A stretch of 49,578 nt of DNA, the filler included, from Jimgerdemannia flammicorona (lineage: Eukaryota): assembly GCA_003990765.1 (NCBI GenBank). It is 2 parts of 2 records of this genome, joined end to end, with 100 filler letters (N's around TTAATTAATTAA, not from the genome) between each part and the next. Parts side by side here need not be neighbours in the genome. Positions count along the whole stretch, not along the records: positions 1 to 24,739 come from RBNJ01000932.1; 1 more part is not named here. One strand, written 5' to 3'. The position numbers were made by a program, and so were the translations under genes. Below are positions 12,000 through 24,839 of the stretch, piece by piece (position 1 is the first letter of the stretch; every line of letters starts with the position of its first letter). Under the pieces are notes generated by a model that was not told the DNA's origin, searched no databases, and was given only the letters and a program-made list of their open reading frames with translations.

Positions 12000-13000
12000 A
12001 ATATTATAATAATGATAATATGTATAGTATTCATTAATATATAAGTAAATAATAATATTATTATTATCAGTAAAATTCAGCTTAATAGAGTAAAAAAACC
12101 CTATATTGAAAGTTTAAAATATATAATAGATATAGATAATATATTCTTCTTTTTAAAAATATTAATTATATATAACTGAAATATCTGTATTATATATCTC
12201 TTACAAGTAATATATATTAAAGCCATTCTCAAATACTTTAATAGAGACTTCTATAAAGGTAAGAAAGTCTAATACTATTTTTAAGAATAGTGATAATATA
12301 TCTATTAAGAATATTAATTATATTTTTTATTGATAAGCTATCAGAAGTCTTTTGTATTTAATACTTAAAATGAGTCCTGATATATATATTCTATATTATT
12401 AATAAAGTAGTGAAGTATTACTCATACTATGATAATAGTCAGTAATTAATAGAATTTTTAAATACTTAAAGAGATCAGTATATGATATACTTATATTAGA
12501 TAACTATAATATTATGTTGTACAGAAGTAATAGTAAGAGAAACATCTAACTATCTGATATATGACTTGGATAATTATTGGTCTATAATCAGATATCTCTT
12601 CTATATTAGTAAAAGTAATAAAAAGTTGATCATTTTATAGCAAATATATAAGCAGAATTCTATCACAATCTTATCAATAGTAATAAAGAAGGTCATATTA
12701 TTCTGTAAATTATTAAAGAAGCTTGACTTCACTCAGAAGTATGACTTTATACTTATCTGCTAAGATAAATAATTAATTATAGTATCTCTAAAGAATTCTA
12801 TCTATTTTAGTAGAATGAAATACATCAATATATTCTATCATTTTGTATAAAAAAGTGTAGAATATAGAAATATATACTTGAAATACATTTCTACAGAATA
12901 TGTAATTATAGATTTATTAATGAAGCCTCTTTCAGAATTCAAATTCAAAATATTCACTTAAGAAATAGGTCTTATAGATAATACTATACCAGTATTTGGT
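12000..13000 (+). pseudogene. Heavily decayed Ty1/Copia RT-RNase H 3' relic
   Basis: SRMKYINIFYHFV and YIST....DLLMKPLS (~12810-12935) match the Copia HxRTKHIDIxYHFVR...ADxLTKPL motif after transitions; a PDI-like motif lies at ~12376. Confidence 0.7.
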
Positions 13001-13121
13001 GAGATCTAGTAATCTTATAAACAGTTGATCATGAGACTTTTCAGGCTCTTAAAAGCCTCTTATACTATACTTATATCTATATATATTTATTACATCTCTC
13101 ATCTATGAGTGGGTTATATAC

Positions 13122-13615
13122 TGTGACAGTTGATCTGAATTAGTAATATGTATGTATAAATCAGAGAAATTAGATATTTGATCATAGTATCTGAACTCAA
13201 TTCCCAATATAGTATAGCCTAATAAATAGCAATCATTTCACAGGTGTTAAAGTTTTCACAAATGTTTAAATTTCACAAATGTCAAGAATTCACAGATGTT
13301 AAATCTTGATAATTGTCAAGATTTTACAGATGTTAAGAATTTATACTTGTGAAAAGTGACTCATAACATAATCATAACTTAGCCATCTTATAGCTAGCAA
13401 ACTTATATAAATAACTCAGTATCTTGAGTAAATAAACCTCAGATCGAAATAGTTTAAGAGCAAAGAGAAAGTAAAGGAACTAGTAAGCCTATGGGCAGAT
13501 ATACTTTGAACTCACTCTTCTGTACTCTAAGGACTCTGCAAGAGTTAGAACAAGTCAAGTTTTCAAGATATAGAAATCTGCCATACTTTTGAGATTAGGT
13601 ATCTACTACATTATA
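13122..13615 (+). repeat. 5' LTR of element B
   Basis: Direct repeat of 18339-18831. U3 carries TTCACAAATGTCAAG-like repeats; the TATA/R/U5 part is shared with LTR-A. Confidence 0.93.
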
Positions 13616-16600
13616 ACTTGGTGCCCATTGGATAGTAATTCAAGATAAATCCCTCACTTTCAAGCTGAATAATGAACAACTGCTACCACTTGAACAACTA
13701 TACAAATTGAACCAAGACATCTGGACAAGATAGATATGAGACTACCAGTATTCTATAGATATACTGCAGATGAATCAATCATTATCTTCATTAATGATTT
13801 TGAGCAGTATACTGCTGTAAGAACCCTGACAGCAATACAGCAAGTAGTCCTTCTGTTCTTCAGTCTCTGAGGACCAGCAAGAGCAGTATTTGCAGTTGCA
13901 ACCTATATAGAAAATGATGACAATACAGTACTAGAAGTATAAAAGGCCTGGCTTTGAACTATCTACTATATAGATGAGATCAAGTAAGCCCTAAAGGATC
14001 AAATACAACTTGTCAAGAAATGAGTGAGAATCCAAATACATTCTACACCAGGGTCTGATATCAGATAATCCTTGCAGATTATGCTGATACCATCTGAGAT
14101 CAATTAGCCAAGATAACCTTTATGAAAGGAGTTTACCCAGAGATAGCCCTAACCATCTGCTTATTACCAATAGTCCTGGATCTACTACAAAAGGTTACCT
14201 ATACCTAGTAATACTGGATAGCCAGATATCCACAAGATCATATAATGGAAAGAGTCACTAGAGTTAGAATTGAAACACTCAAGGCAACCAGTGTAATCCC
14301 TACTAGAGTAATCAATCAAAACACACCTCAGCCAAGAGCTACTGAACAGTAGAGGAATAGCAACCCTATAGAGGAGCTTACTAAGAAGTTTGCTGAAATG
14401 ACAGCCTACCTAGGAGATGTGATAAAGGAAATTAAAGGAAGAGAGTGGCACTCAGTTCAGAAATTTGTCACCACCTCAGATAAGAAGAGAGATATCTGCT
14501 ATACTTGTGAAGAAGAAGGTTACTACTTATATAAATATATGAGTGAAACTAAGTACAAGGTCCAGCCAAGCAATATTACTCAAAATAAGAAATAGATTGA
14601 TACTATTACATTTGAAGAGATTGGAGAATCAGATAAAGAAGAATAAGAAGCTTACTCTGCCAAGATTATCAAAAAAGATATCTGCAAACAACCCTACAAG
14701 AGATCCTCAGGGAGACCCAAGAAGAACTCTATAGAAAAGCAGATGAAAACTACTACAGAAAGTCAAGGTAAAGAAACAGATCAAGATATGGAGCTTGAAT
14801 AGGCTGTTCAAGATATCATCTGAGGAACTACTCCAGCTAGTAAAGGAGAAAAGAAGAAGAAGCTTTACAAAACTAAGATTTTTAAGTATAATATTTTCAA
14901 GGACCTCAGTCAATAAAAGATCAATACAACCTTTGGCCAACTGGCAGAAATACCTACATTCAGATAGCAAATGAGATACAGACTTGCTGAGACAACTAAG
15001 GAGCAAGGTTGGAAGATAACTAAGGCTAACAATGTTCAAAAAGACTTAAGGTAAGAAAGTGAAAATAATCACAAGACCTCTGCCTATGCAATCTATCAGA
15101 TTGAAGATAGAATCTTCAAAGCCATTATTGATACAGGAGCAGGAGGATGTCTTCTCAGTAAGCAAGCAGTAGACTATCTAGTGGGAGGTTGAAGAAGCAA
15201 CTAAGCTGGTGTTTGTCACAGCAGATGGTATAAGAGCTATCTCTCTAAAAAAGATCTGAGATATTCCTATCAAGTTTGGGAGAGCAATTATTCCAGTAGA
15301 TGTGATTATGACTAATGCCACCAACTATGACATCCTTATTAGCAACCAGTGGCCTGATGAAGCCAAGGCAATAATTGATCTGAATACCCAGAAGATACAG
15401 ATTATCTACTGAGGCCAGAAGATGTAAATTCCCATTAATATCAACAAAGGAGTGCTGCCTGAGATGAAGAAAGAAGAAAGTAAGTAAAAAGAAGCCTATA
15501 TAGTAACTACTCAGAAAAAGAAAAAGAAAGTCAGATAGATCAGTGAAGAAGACTGGTACAAGAAGATCATAGAAAGATATACACTACTAGGAGCCTGTCT
15601 CTATAGAATCAAGATGTACTATAGCAAGCACATCAATGACTGCTACCAATATAGTATTGGTATCAGAAAGATCTACTAGGAAAGAAGACAGAAGGCTCTC
15701 AAAAAACAGACAAGAGAAGAGGAGGAGAAGGAAGAGGATGACAAACCACCAGTCCTCCTAGAGGACAGTGATGATGAAGAAGAAATAATAGTCAAGATTT
15801 GGAGGATCCACTCTGATGCAGTTCTATCAAAATACAAGTCAGAGAATACAGCCAGAATAGATATTACTATAGTAGAAGAAACCATACTGGAGCTCCAGAT
15901 AATCACCCTACTTGCAACTGGTCTGGAGATGACTATTCCAAAGGACCATATTGGAATCCTCAAGACAAGAAGCAGCCTGACTAGAAGTGAAATTACAATT
16001 GAAGGAGGAGTCATCAATTCTGATTACATATATTGGAGAAATACTACTTATTGCTAGGAACTACAATCCTATAATTCCATTTCCAATTAAGAAGAAGGAC
16101 TGACTGATACAGATATTAATCTTTCCAGTTCTTCAGCCAAGGATCATGGAAGTCAAGAAGTTGGAGAAAATAGAAAGAGAAAGGAAAGGATTCAGATCTA
16201 TAGAAAGAGGAGTATTCACTAGTACCAAGATTACTGAACTAGATCACAAGAAGGAGGAAACTATAAACAAGTATAGCTATACTATTGGAAATGAATTCCC
16301 ACTCAAGAAGGAACTCAAGAAGATACTTTATGAACTCAAAGATGTCCTAGCCATGAATTTCAAGAATATCAAAGGAAAGACCCTATACTACTATCATGAC
16401 ATAGATACAGGAGACACTGGATCAATCTATCAAAAGTAAGACCAATACTATTAGCCTACTGTAAATAGCTCAGAGAAGAAATCAAGAGATGGAAGAAACT
16501 GGTATCATTAAAGAAGCCAGCAGTCCCTGGGCTTCACCAGTTGTACTATCTCCAAAAAAAGAAAGCAAGCTAGGAGAATTTGCCCCAAGACTCTATACTG

Positions 16601-18338
16601 ATTATAGGAAGCTCAACTTGGTTACCAAGAAGGACCTCTAACCATTAAATCAATCATAAATAAGGAGCTCTACTACAGAATTATCACTTACCTGAGACAG
16701 CAAAAGATGCTCCAATATCTGGAAGAATGGATATAAACAATTATCAACAGAACTTGGAAACAATTCGAAATCAATAGAGAGATACTGAAGAAAGGAAAGC
16801 TACTAGTTACATCTGAACACAAGAAGGAGCAAGCAATAAAATCAATATATGAACTTGGCTATCTAGGAGGAATAAACATATATAATAAAGCAAGAAGAAC
16901 AATGTAGTAACCAGAGATAGAGGAAGATATCAGACAATTTATCAAAATCTGCAACAAATATCAGAAATAAAAACAAGACCAATGAAACCAAATCCCAGAA
17001 TCAGCACACATAGAATCAGTATTCTTTGCTCATATAGCAATAGATGTAATTGGTCTGCTACCTCTGATATTAACTGGTAACCAATACATCATAGTCATTA
17101 TAGACCTTTTCATAAAATAGATAGAGGTAGGACCCCTCAAGAAAGCTAATATACAGTCAATTGCCAATTTCTTCTATAAAGAAATTATCTGCTAATTCAA
17201 GACCTCAGCACAAGTAACCACAGATAAAGGAACAGAATTCATGAACTAGTTCTTGAAGGTTCTCTATAAGAAATATAAGATCTAGCATATTTGGACCACA
17301 GCCTATTATCTATAAGAAAATGGATAAGCAGAAAGAATCAATAAGACTCTCAAGAATATTGTTACCAAGATCTACAATAACTATGAAAACTGGAATCACT
17401 ATCTGCCAATAGTATTATCTGCTCTTTAGGATATCTAATTACAAAGTACTCACTTTACTCTCTAAGAAATGCTATTTGGAGAAGAAAGTTCTCAAGAAAT
17501 CCTATTGTCCAATGAAGATACTATATAGAAACATATGGATGCAGAGATATGAAGACTCTATCAAGTCAGAAAGAAGGCTGAAGATTACATAACCAAGGTA
17601 CAGACAATATAACAGAATAATGTAGAAAAATTCACAAGCTCTTAGGGATTATCATAATAGGAGATAAAGTTCTGGTATATCAGAATATGGTAGAAGCTTT
17701 ATAGTTACAAAAACTAAAGCCTAAATAGGAGGACCTTACCTTGTACAAGATATAAAAGTAATCTCCTTTTAGTTATAAAAACTCTCAGGCAGAATTATCC
17801 TCACTACTATTTACTGAAACCTACCCAAGAAGTATTATGGCTAGTTAATGAAGTATGGCAACAGCTCTCAAGATCACTAGTGCTGCATAATGAGTCATAG
17901 AAAGACAATAATGTACTACTGAGCCACTTACAATAGAAGAATCTTTGACAGTATCCAAAGTATAGTACAGATATATTTGTCATAAATTTCATACTTCAAG
18001 GCCTACCAGAATCAGACAGAGCTTCAAGAATACTTCAAGTTAGGATAGCTACTGAACTTATAGCCAGAGATGGAAAAAGAAGACTGGATTAAAGAGTGTC
18101 AGCTCTCTCATACTCAGATTACAATTGCCAAATAAGTTAATAAGCTATCTAAAGATAATGAGCCAGCCATAGCCCATCTTCAAGAAGTAGCTCTAGGAGA
18201 CTTTGGACATATCAAGAGATACTATTGGAAGAACATAATGATACAAATTATATAGTACAAAGAGATACAAATTGTAGATACTTGGGAGTTCAAGTGAATA
18301 GGATATTTCAGGGATAAATTACCTATTCAGAAGGAAGT

Positions 18339-18831
18339 TGTGATGGTTGATCTGAAATGGTAACATAAATTAGGGAAATTAGACATTTGATTGTAGTACC
18401 TGAATCCAATTCTTAATATAGTATAGTCTTATAAATAGCAGTTATTTCATAGGTGTTAAAGTTTTCACAAATGTCAAAATTTTACAAATATCAAGAATTT
18501 ACAGATATTAAATCTTGACAATCATTGAGATTTTACAGATGTCAAGGATTTATACTTGTAAAAAGTAACTCATAACAATAACATAGTTATAACTTAGCCA
18601 CCTTATAGCTAGCAAACTTATATAAATAACTCAGTATCTTAGAGTGAATAAACCTCAGATTGAAATAGTTCAAGAGCAAAGAGAAAGCAAAGAAACTAGT
18701 AAGCCTATAGATAGATATACTTCAAACTCACTCCCCTACATCCTGAGGACTCTGTGAGAGTTAGAATAAGTCAAGTTTTCAAGATACAGAAATCTGCCAT
18801 ACTTCTAAGGTTAGGTGTCCACTACATTACA
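18339..18831 (+). repeat. 3' LTR of element B
   Basis: TGTGATGG...ACATTACA, preceded by a PPT. Confidence 0.93.
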
Positions 18832-20112
18832 ATACATACATTTCTACAGATATCTCAGAATACTTTTCAACATGCAAAAATCTCTAGATATAGGATTTTA
18901 ATAAATTTTTGGGTTACATCTATTTTTAGTTTGGCATGCATTATGCATTGCATTTCTTCTAGTTTGCATTACATATTCTTGCAGTTTTCATCTTTTTTGG
19001 GTTACATAATTATCTCGTTGAACTCGATATGTCAGCGCCATTTTATCAGTTTTACGTCATTCATCAGTAACGCGAGAAATACGCGACCTACGCAACTTCA
19101 ATAAAATTGCACAATAACGAATTGCCAATCCCATCTGACGGAATTACCAAATTGTCAACTGGAAGATATCAACGGGAACAACAGAGTCGTTGACTTAAAA
19201 TAAGTCGATGGGATCAATCACTGTATCAAGTATTGCCGTCGGCACAGTCAAACCAACGAATCGTACATCCGCCGTCCGATTGCGCAAACCAAACAGGCAC
19301 CGAATCGATTTTCGGGCCAAGAACGTTGCCTTAATCGCATACCGAGTAACCGAGTAACCGAATAACCTTCATTTTTCCATCCACGGATATTGAACTATAC
19401 AAAACGTATGCCACAATAGAAACAAAACTCGACAGTCGCAAAGCGTCTAATCAGCGTTAGCATACTCGGATTCTCAAAGCCAGCGGGACGTGGATATGTG
19501 GCGATGAGATTAAGGTTAAGTTTCACACCGAAATTACAGATGCCTTATTTATTATTATTATTATTATACAATACCAAATAGTTACTAGATATAAAAAAAA
19601 TCATTGAATAAACGCAGAACGTTGACCGACGACTAAGCACAGAATGACAGTACAGGACGGTAACGAATGGCGACTAAACGGAGGATTGTAATGAACGACA
19701 GTTTGAGTGCAGAATAGGATAGCGCTCTGCGTGGGTAAACCTAGAAGACCGACCACTGCGAGGTACTCACGAAGCGACTTCAGTGTTGTCAGCAGAGGGA
19801 TTTTGGTCATTGCAGGACGTCATTGCAGTAGAGTATAATTATGTCGTGGGCGTGCGAATGAAGGAAAGAGGTGGCACGACCTGGCCACAAGACTGTGCCT
19901 TAATTTGACTAACAGCGCGCTCCTTTTTTTTTTTTTTTTTTTTTATAGATATCAAACTTTAGTAATCATTGAAACGAGACTTTATTTACAATTTTTATTC
20001 ATTTATTTTTTTCGTAGAGATATAAAGTAATCGTCGACTTCAAAACTTGGCAGCTCACGTCAAAGAGAATGGGTGCTCAATAAAAAAAAACCCCCCTCTT
20101 ACCGCCTTCTCG

Positions 20113-20819
20113 TCACTGACACCCCCACCCTATTCGCTCCATTTGAACCCAGTCCAAACACAGTCCGCTCTTGGTGTAGCTACAATCGACGTCCCGTATG
20201 TGGCACTTGACGTTCTTCCCAGCATCGGCATTGGTAATAATTATGCGCTGCGACAACCTGTACTCGGTCCACTCGGACTCCTTCAACGTGTGCCAGAATC
20301 CTTCGCCCGGTTGTTCCTCCAAAGACATATTCCCGTCAATGACCTCGTAACCAAAGCGTATTCTGTACAAACTCCGGCTCGAATTTCCCACGACCTTGAG
20401 CCGCCAGACAACTTCATACTGGCCGGGGCGCACGTTGCGAAACTCGCCATCGGCGGCCATCCACCAGACCCACCTAGGCTGACGATCTGACCGAACTCCG
20501 ACTCGAGATCAGGAATACGTGACCAGTACCGATTGTCGAGCCAGGTGACGTCGCTTGCGAGGTAGATCTTTGGGGAGGAGAGGCGGATATAGGCTCTCAG
20601 GTAGGATTCGCCGCTGAGTTCGGGGTGGGCGCTGGGAAAGTCCACGAGGAGTTTCAACTGCCACAGCCATTCACTTCGTGTGAGGTCGGCAATGCGACGG
20701 TACGCCAGGGCAGCCTGCAGGACGTCGAGTGGGCTGACAAGGACGAGAATATTGACAAGGATTTCGTTTGGAATGTTGTCAAAGCCACAGTTGGCAGACG
20801 TTTGAGTAAGTGGTGGCAT
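20113..20819 (-). pseudogene. F-box protein with a C-terminal PP2 (phloem protein 2)-like lectin domain; 1-bp frameshift near 20475 (pseudogene or sequence error)
   Basis: F-box FDNIPNEILVNILVLVSPLDVLQAALAYRR...WLW. PP2-like motifs TWLDNRYW, SEFGQIVSL.WVWW, GQYEVVWRLK, WTEY and TKSGLCLD are split over two ORFs; adding one base at CTA GG TGG joins them. CpG content is intact. Confidence 0.75.
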
Positions 20820-21179
20820 TTAGACGGGGGGAGGCCGTAACAGCGTGCTCCTTACCACGTGTGAAGGTCACCTTACAAAGTACTGTTCTTCTCTACGTGG
20901 CCAGGCCTCATGTGCAGCCTTTGTTACACAAACCCTAAAAAAATAACGGTTTATCAAACACGTTCATCATATCGGAAGAAAATGCACTTCGCCTAATTTG
21001 GATATACACGTGGGATATCTGTTTTCGTGATGACCTTTGGCTCTATTTCGATATCCACCGGAGTTCAGTTGATTTAGTGCAATCAAAGTAGGCGATATCG
21101 CACAGATTTAATGCGTGTCACAAGAGATCTCCCCCGTAATCGAGCACATGAACGGTTTCCGCCTCAATCGACGGTTCGG

Positions 21180-21266
21180 AATCCGCTCGTACGACCAAGG
21201 ATCCCAGATTGCTCGTATGACCAAGGATCCAAATGTATTCTCAATCCGCTCGTACGACCAAGGATC
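21180..21266. repeat. Three direct repeats (ATCC)GCTCGTAYGACCAAGGATC in the divergent intergenic region
   Basis: Copies at 21181-21203, 21211-21229 and 21244-21266. Confidence 0.9.
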
Positions 21267-21383
21267 TCGGGTCCAAATTCAAATGAATTCGTCGGCGCGG
21301 AACATAATTACAAACCCCTGTCAATTCCTTAATCGTCCCTGGAACCCTTCTCTATCCTCTCCAAAGATATCCTCTCGCGCTCC

Positions 21384-23112
21384 ATGGGCCAGTCTCTGTC
21401 TAGATTCTACGCGGTCAAACGCAAGGAAGGCCGCCGTAAGAATCTTGCACCCCAGGAGATACCTGGTGACAAGCCTCCTACCAAAGACTCGCACGGGGAC
21501 CCAATTCCTGAAGACTCCAAGGTCATCGATGGTAGCCTTTTCAAGAAGTCTGGCAGCGCCGTTTACCCGCTACCGAACGACAAGTCTGAGTATGGCCGCT
21601 TGAACACCCAGCACTATCTTATCCGGTGAGCGATTCGATTTGAATTCTTAATGGCAAAATCGCATCCCATTGCGACATAGTCTTTTGTATTGAAAATTCA
21701 GCCGTCAAAAGTACGGTTGGAATGTGGTGGAACTATGGAGGCGTTAAAGACCACAAATCTGACCGCCTTTCTGATCCGCAAATTAGCTATATTTTTCAGA
21801 GGTAGGAATTGATGTTTAAATTTTATGTAAACTATGCGTTGTGGTCACCATTGTTTATTCATACCATTTAAATCACCAATCTTTCTGTTGTAGTAATTAC
21901 AAAGCACCCGTCACTGAAGACCTGGAACGTGGAATAAAAGTCCTTGACGCCGGGTGAGTCACTCTTCCACCCCTATCATTTATTCCAACAACAACCATCT
22001 CCGAAGGTGCTAATAGGAAGCTGTCTGCATCCTCCAGCTGCGGCACCGGCGTCTGGACAATCGTAAGTGCCCTGTCCAATGTCGACCTCTCGTAGATCAA
22101 TTGTACTGCCCGCCTGATCCCCTTTTCTCTCCCCTGCCTCGAATTCAACCACTACACAGGAGATGGCTAATGAGTTTCCGAACTCGACCTTCATCGGTAC
22201 CGACATTACCAACGTCTTTGCCGTGTCGATCGAAAACGCGCCGTCCAACTGTACCTTCCTGGAGGCCGATACGACCAAGCGCTTGCCATTCGACGACAAT
22301 ACGTTGGACTATGTGTTCCAGCGTTTCCAAATCGGGTGTTTCGCAAAAGCAACGTGGCCTATTGTCATCAAAGAGCTTATGAGAGTGTGCAAGCCCGGGG
22401 GTTTTGTTGAGCTGGGTAAGGTTCTTTTTTTTTTTTTTTTTTTTAAGTTTTTATTCACATTCTTTTTCTCGCATGATTCTCATTCTCCATGTTTTACGCG
22501 CAGTCGAAAGCATATACCCGAATGACTGCGGCCCGGCGTTGTCAAAGCATGGTGAATGGTGTGCGTATTCTCCATTCTCATTCTCTGTCTCATTGTTATG
22601 TTATCCTCATCACACATCACATCCTCTTACCCCCCCCCCAAACTTCCCGCAGTTGAAACTCTCCTCTCCCTCCGTGGCGTCGACGCTAAGGTTTTCAAGA
22701 CCCCGGAGCTCGTCATCAACGCGGGCCTGCTTGATCTCCAAAGCTCGTACTCGCCCTGGCGGCTTAACTGGGGCCCCGATAAGAAGCTAGGCGAGCTGAA
22801 TGCACAGGTTTGTGCTCTGGCCCTGTTGGCTACCTCCCTTCAATCCCCCCTCGTGCTATTAAAGACTCATTCCTCCCCTCCTTTCCATAGAATTACATGA
22901 GGGGAATTCGCAACCTCCGCGCCCATATCTGCACTTCCCTCGGCATTGGCGATGACGAGTACGAAGAGGTTATGCGCGGATGCGAGGCAGAACTGCTCGT
23001 ACCGGAGGTGGAATATAAAGCGTCTCTTACCATCTTCGACTACTACGGCCGAAAACCCTTTCCCGTCACAGACGACGCCCAGCTCAAGATACACAAACCT
23101 TTGGAAAAGTAG
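21384..23112 (+). CDS. Class I SAM-dependent methyltransferase (LaeA-like / Methyltransf_23-25 type), 8 exons, 343 aa
   Basis: Exons 21384-21625, 21787-21801, 21894-21953, 22038-22062, 22160-22415, 22504-22560, 22653-22807 and 22891-23112. All introns are GT-AG and the exons total 1032 nt in frame. Motifs: YPLPND..E..RL..QH, VLDAGCGTGVW, GTDI, LPFDDNTLDYV, ELMRVCKPGGFVEL. Confidence 0.92.
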
Positions 23113-23546
23113 TCTCGCTTCGTGTAGATAGGATCTTACAAAGAAAAAAAACACAGAGTATTGGCCCCGTACCCAGTCAACGTCGCGAGACGGGGGAAAG
23201 GGCGCAAAGTATGTCCTTTTCTTTATTTTTATGTTTGTTATGAAGGATAATATTTATGAGAACAATCCTTGTCCTCAACTAAGTCAATATGTTTTATATA
23301 GTAAACTCCTGGTACTAGGCAATAATAAAATTGTTTTTATGACTTACTAATAAATATAAATTTTATAGTATTTATAGATTTATTTAATTATACTTTTCTA
23401 TAATTCTTTTAGATTACTTTCATAATAAATTTATTGCTACATAATGTGAATAATATTAAAATAATTATTAAATTTATATTATCTATTTTATTTTTAACCT
23501 CTAAATATTTTCTTTTTCTTAAAAGATTTATATAGAAGATCAATAA

Positions 23547-24739
23547 CACGCTCCTTTCTCTGCTACCTTACCAGTCACAAGGTTTGGTAGGCAACCTTCA
23601 AAGTCCTCTTTCCTCTATTATTACCCCCTCTACCTCAGGTTAGTTTGCTGTACCTGCATGGACATGGTGGGAGGAGGGCTATGGTGATGAGTTGCCCCTT
23701 TATCAGTGTTAGATCAGTGTCTTCTCCACTTTTTCACAGTTTCTGGTGTCTTTGGTTGTATCTGGAGTGTATTCATTTTGGTGTGGTATCTTCTTCCTTT
23801 TGCTGTCACCAACAAGGTGCTGCCTTGGTATGTCATGGGTTATGTAGAGAGTTGGCCAACCTTGGGCATCAAGTGCTCAGTATAGATTACCTATAGGTCC
23901 TTAGTGCCTATGGTGGGGCCCTCTGGCTTTGGCAAGCTTCCCGATGAGTGTAGTTCTGATATAGGTGACTGTTTTTCAGATGTTGTCAGGATGGGAGAGA
24001 AGATGGCCATCACAGATAGGAGGATGGATGATAACAGTGAACCAGTGGGGTGCTAGGCTAGGGGCAGTTATCAGGGCTAGAGTGGACAATATTTTGGTGG
24101 GGCCTTTCAATTGACTGGTGGGGGGTGGGGTGGTGCAGGGGCTGGCATTCTGGCTGTATCCAACTGGAACCAAGAGCTGATGCAGTAATGTGATTGAGGC
24201 CTGCAGGCTTGGGAAGTGGGGCCTTCCTCATTTGGTAGTACCCGACTGGAACCGGGAGCTGACATAGCAATGTGATCGAGGCCTGCAGGCTTGGGGAGTG
24301 GGAGTGGGGTCTTTTCAGACCCTAGCCCATGTAGGTCCTTTGAGGAAGGTGCTGTGTATAAGTCCTTTACTCACTCGCTTTGAATCTACTTTGCTCTCTG
24401 TTGATTGGTTGGGGGGTTTTTTCTTTGCCTTGGACTTTTTTTTGGGATTTGGGGGGCTAGTCTTTATTCAGTTCTGGTACTGCTAGATCCAATGTGTAGG
24501 TGTGCTCTCATGTGTAAATGATGATCCAGCCCTGGTGAGCAGACAAGTCTAGTCTATATCATTGGGGTTGATATAGTTAGTATTTAACAGATATAGCTGG
24601 AGCAGTGAGACTGCTAGTCAATTAAGTAGCCTAGGTTAATAAGAGGATATTATTTGGTGGGTGGTGGGGGAGGGTTTTGGCCTATACAGTCTAGGTTCTC
24701 TTCCAATAAAAATCTGTGGGACTATGAGTCTGTTAAAAA
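23547..24739 (+). mobile_element. 1.19-kb poly(A)-tailed retroposed unit, copy 1
   Basis: Colinear with 48385-49578 and ends AATAAAAATC..GAGTCTGTTAAAAA at the gap. Contains an internal ~60-bp direct repeat (~24165 and ~24246). Confidence 0.85.
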
Positions 24740-24839
24740 NNNNNNNNNNNNNNNNNNNNNNNNNNNNNNNNNNNNNNNNNNNNTTAATTAATTAANNNNN
24801 NNNNNNNNNNNNNNNNNNNNNNNNNNNNNNNNNNNNNNN
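24740..24839. other. Artificial contig linker (44 N + TTAATTAATTAA + 44 N)
   Basis: Exactly 100 bp and symmetric; the core gives stop codons in all six frames. Confidence 0.97.

Larger units (their letters stand above)
13122..18831 (+). mobile_element. Element B: related Ty3/Gypsy provirus, more decayed, with ~1.06 kb of RT/RNase H deleted
   Basis: LTRs at 13122-13615 and 18339-18831 with a perfect TSD ATAC (13118-13121 / 18832-18835). Colinear with element A except for a junction at ~16635 joining A~8640 to A~9699. Confidence 0.95.

Noticed and set aside
21180..21266. Mini-CRISPR, or coding repeat in ORF 21115-21603
   Set aside because: Spacers are only 7-14 bp. The ORF overlaps the well-supported methyltransferase exon 1 in another frame.
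24740..24839. TTAATTAATTAA as a biological site such as a piggyBac target
   Set aside because: It is a symmetric N-padded six-frame-stop linker, i.e. an assembly artefact.
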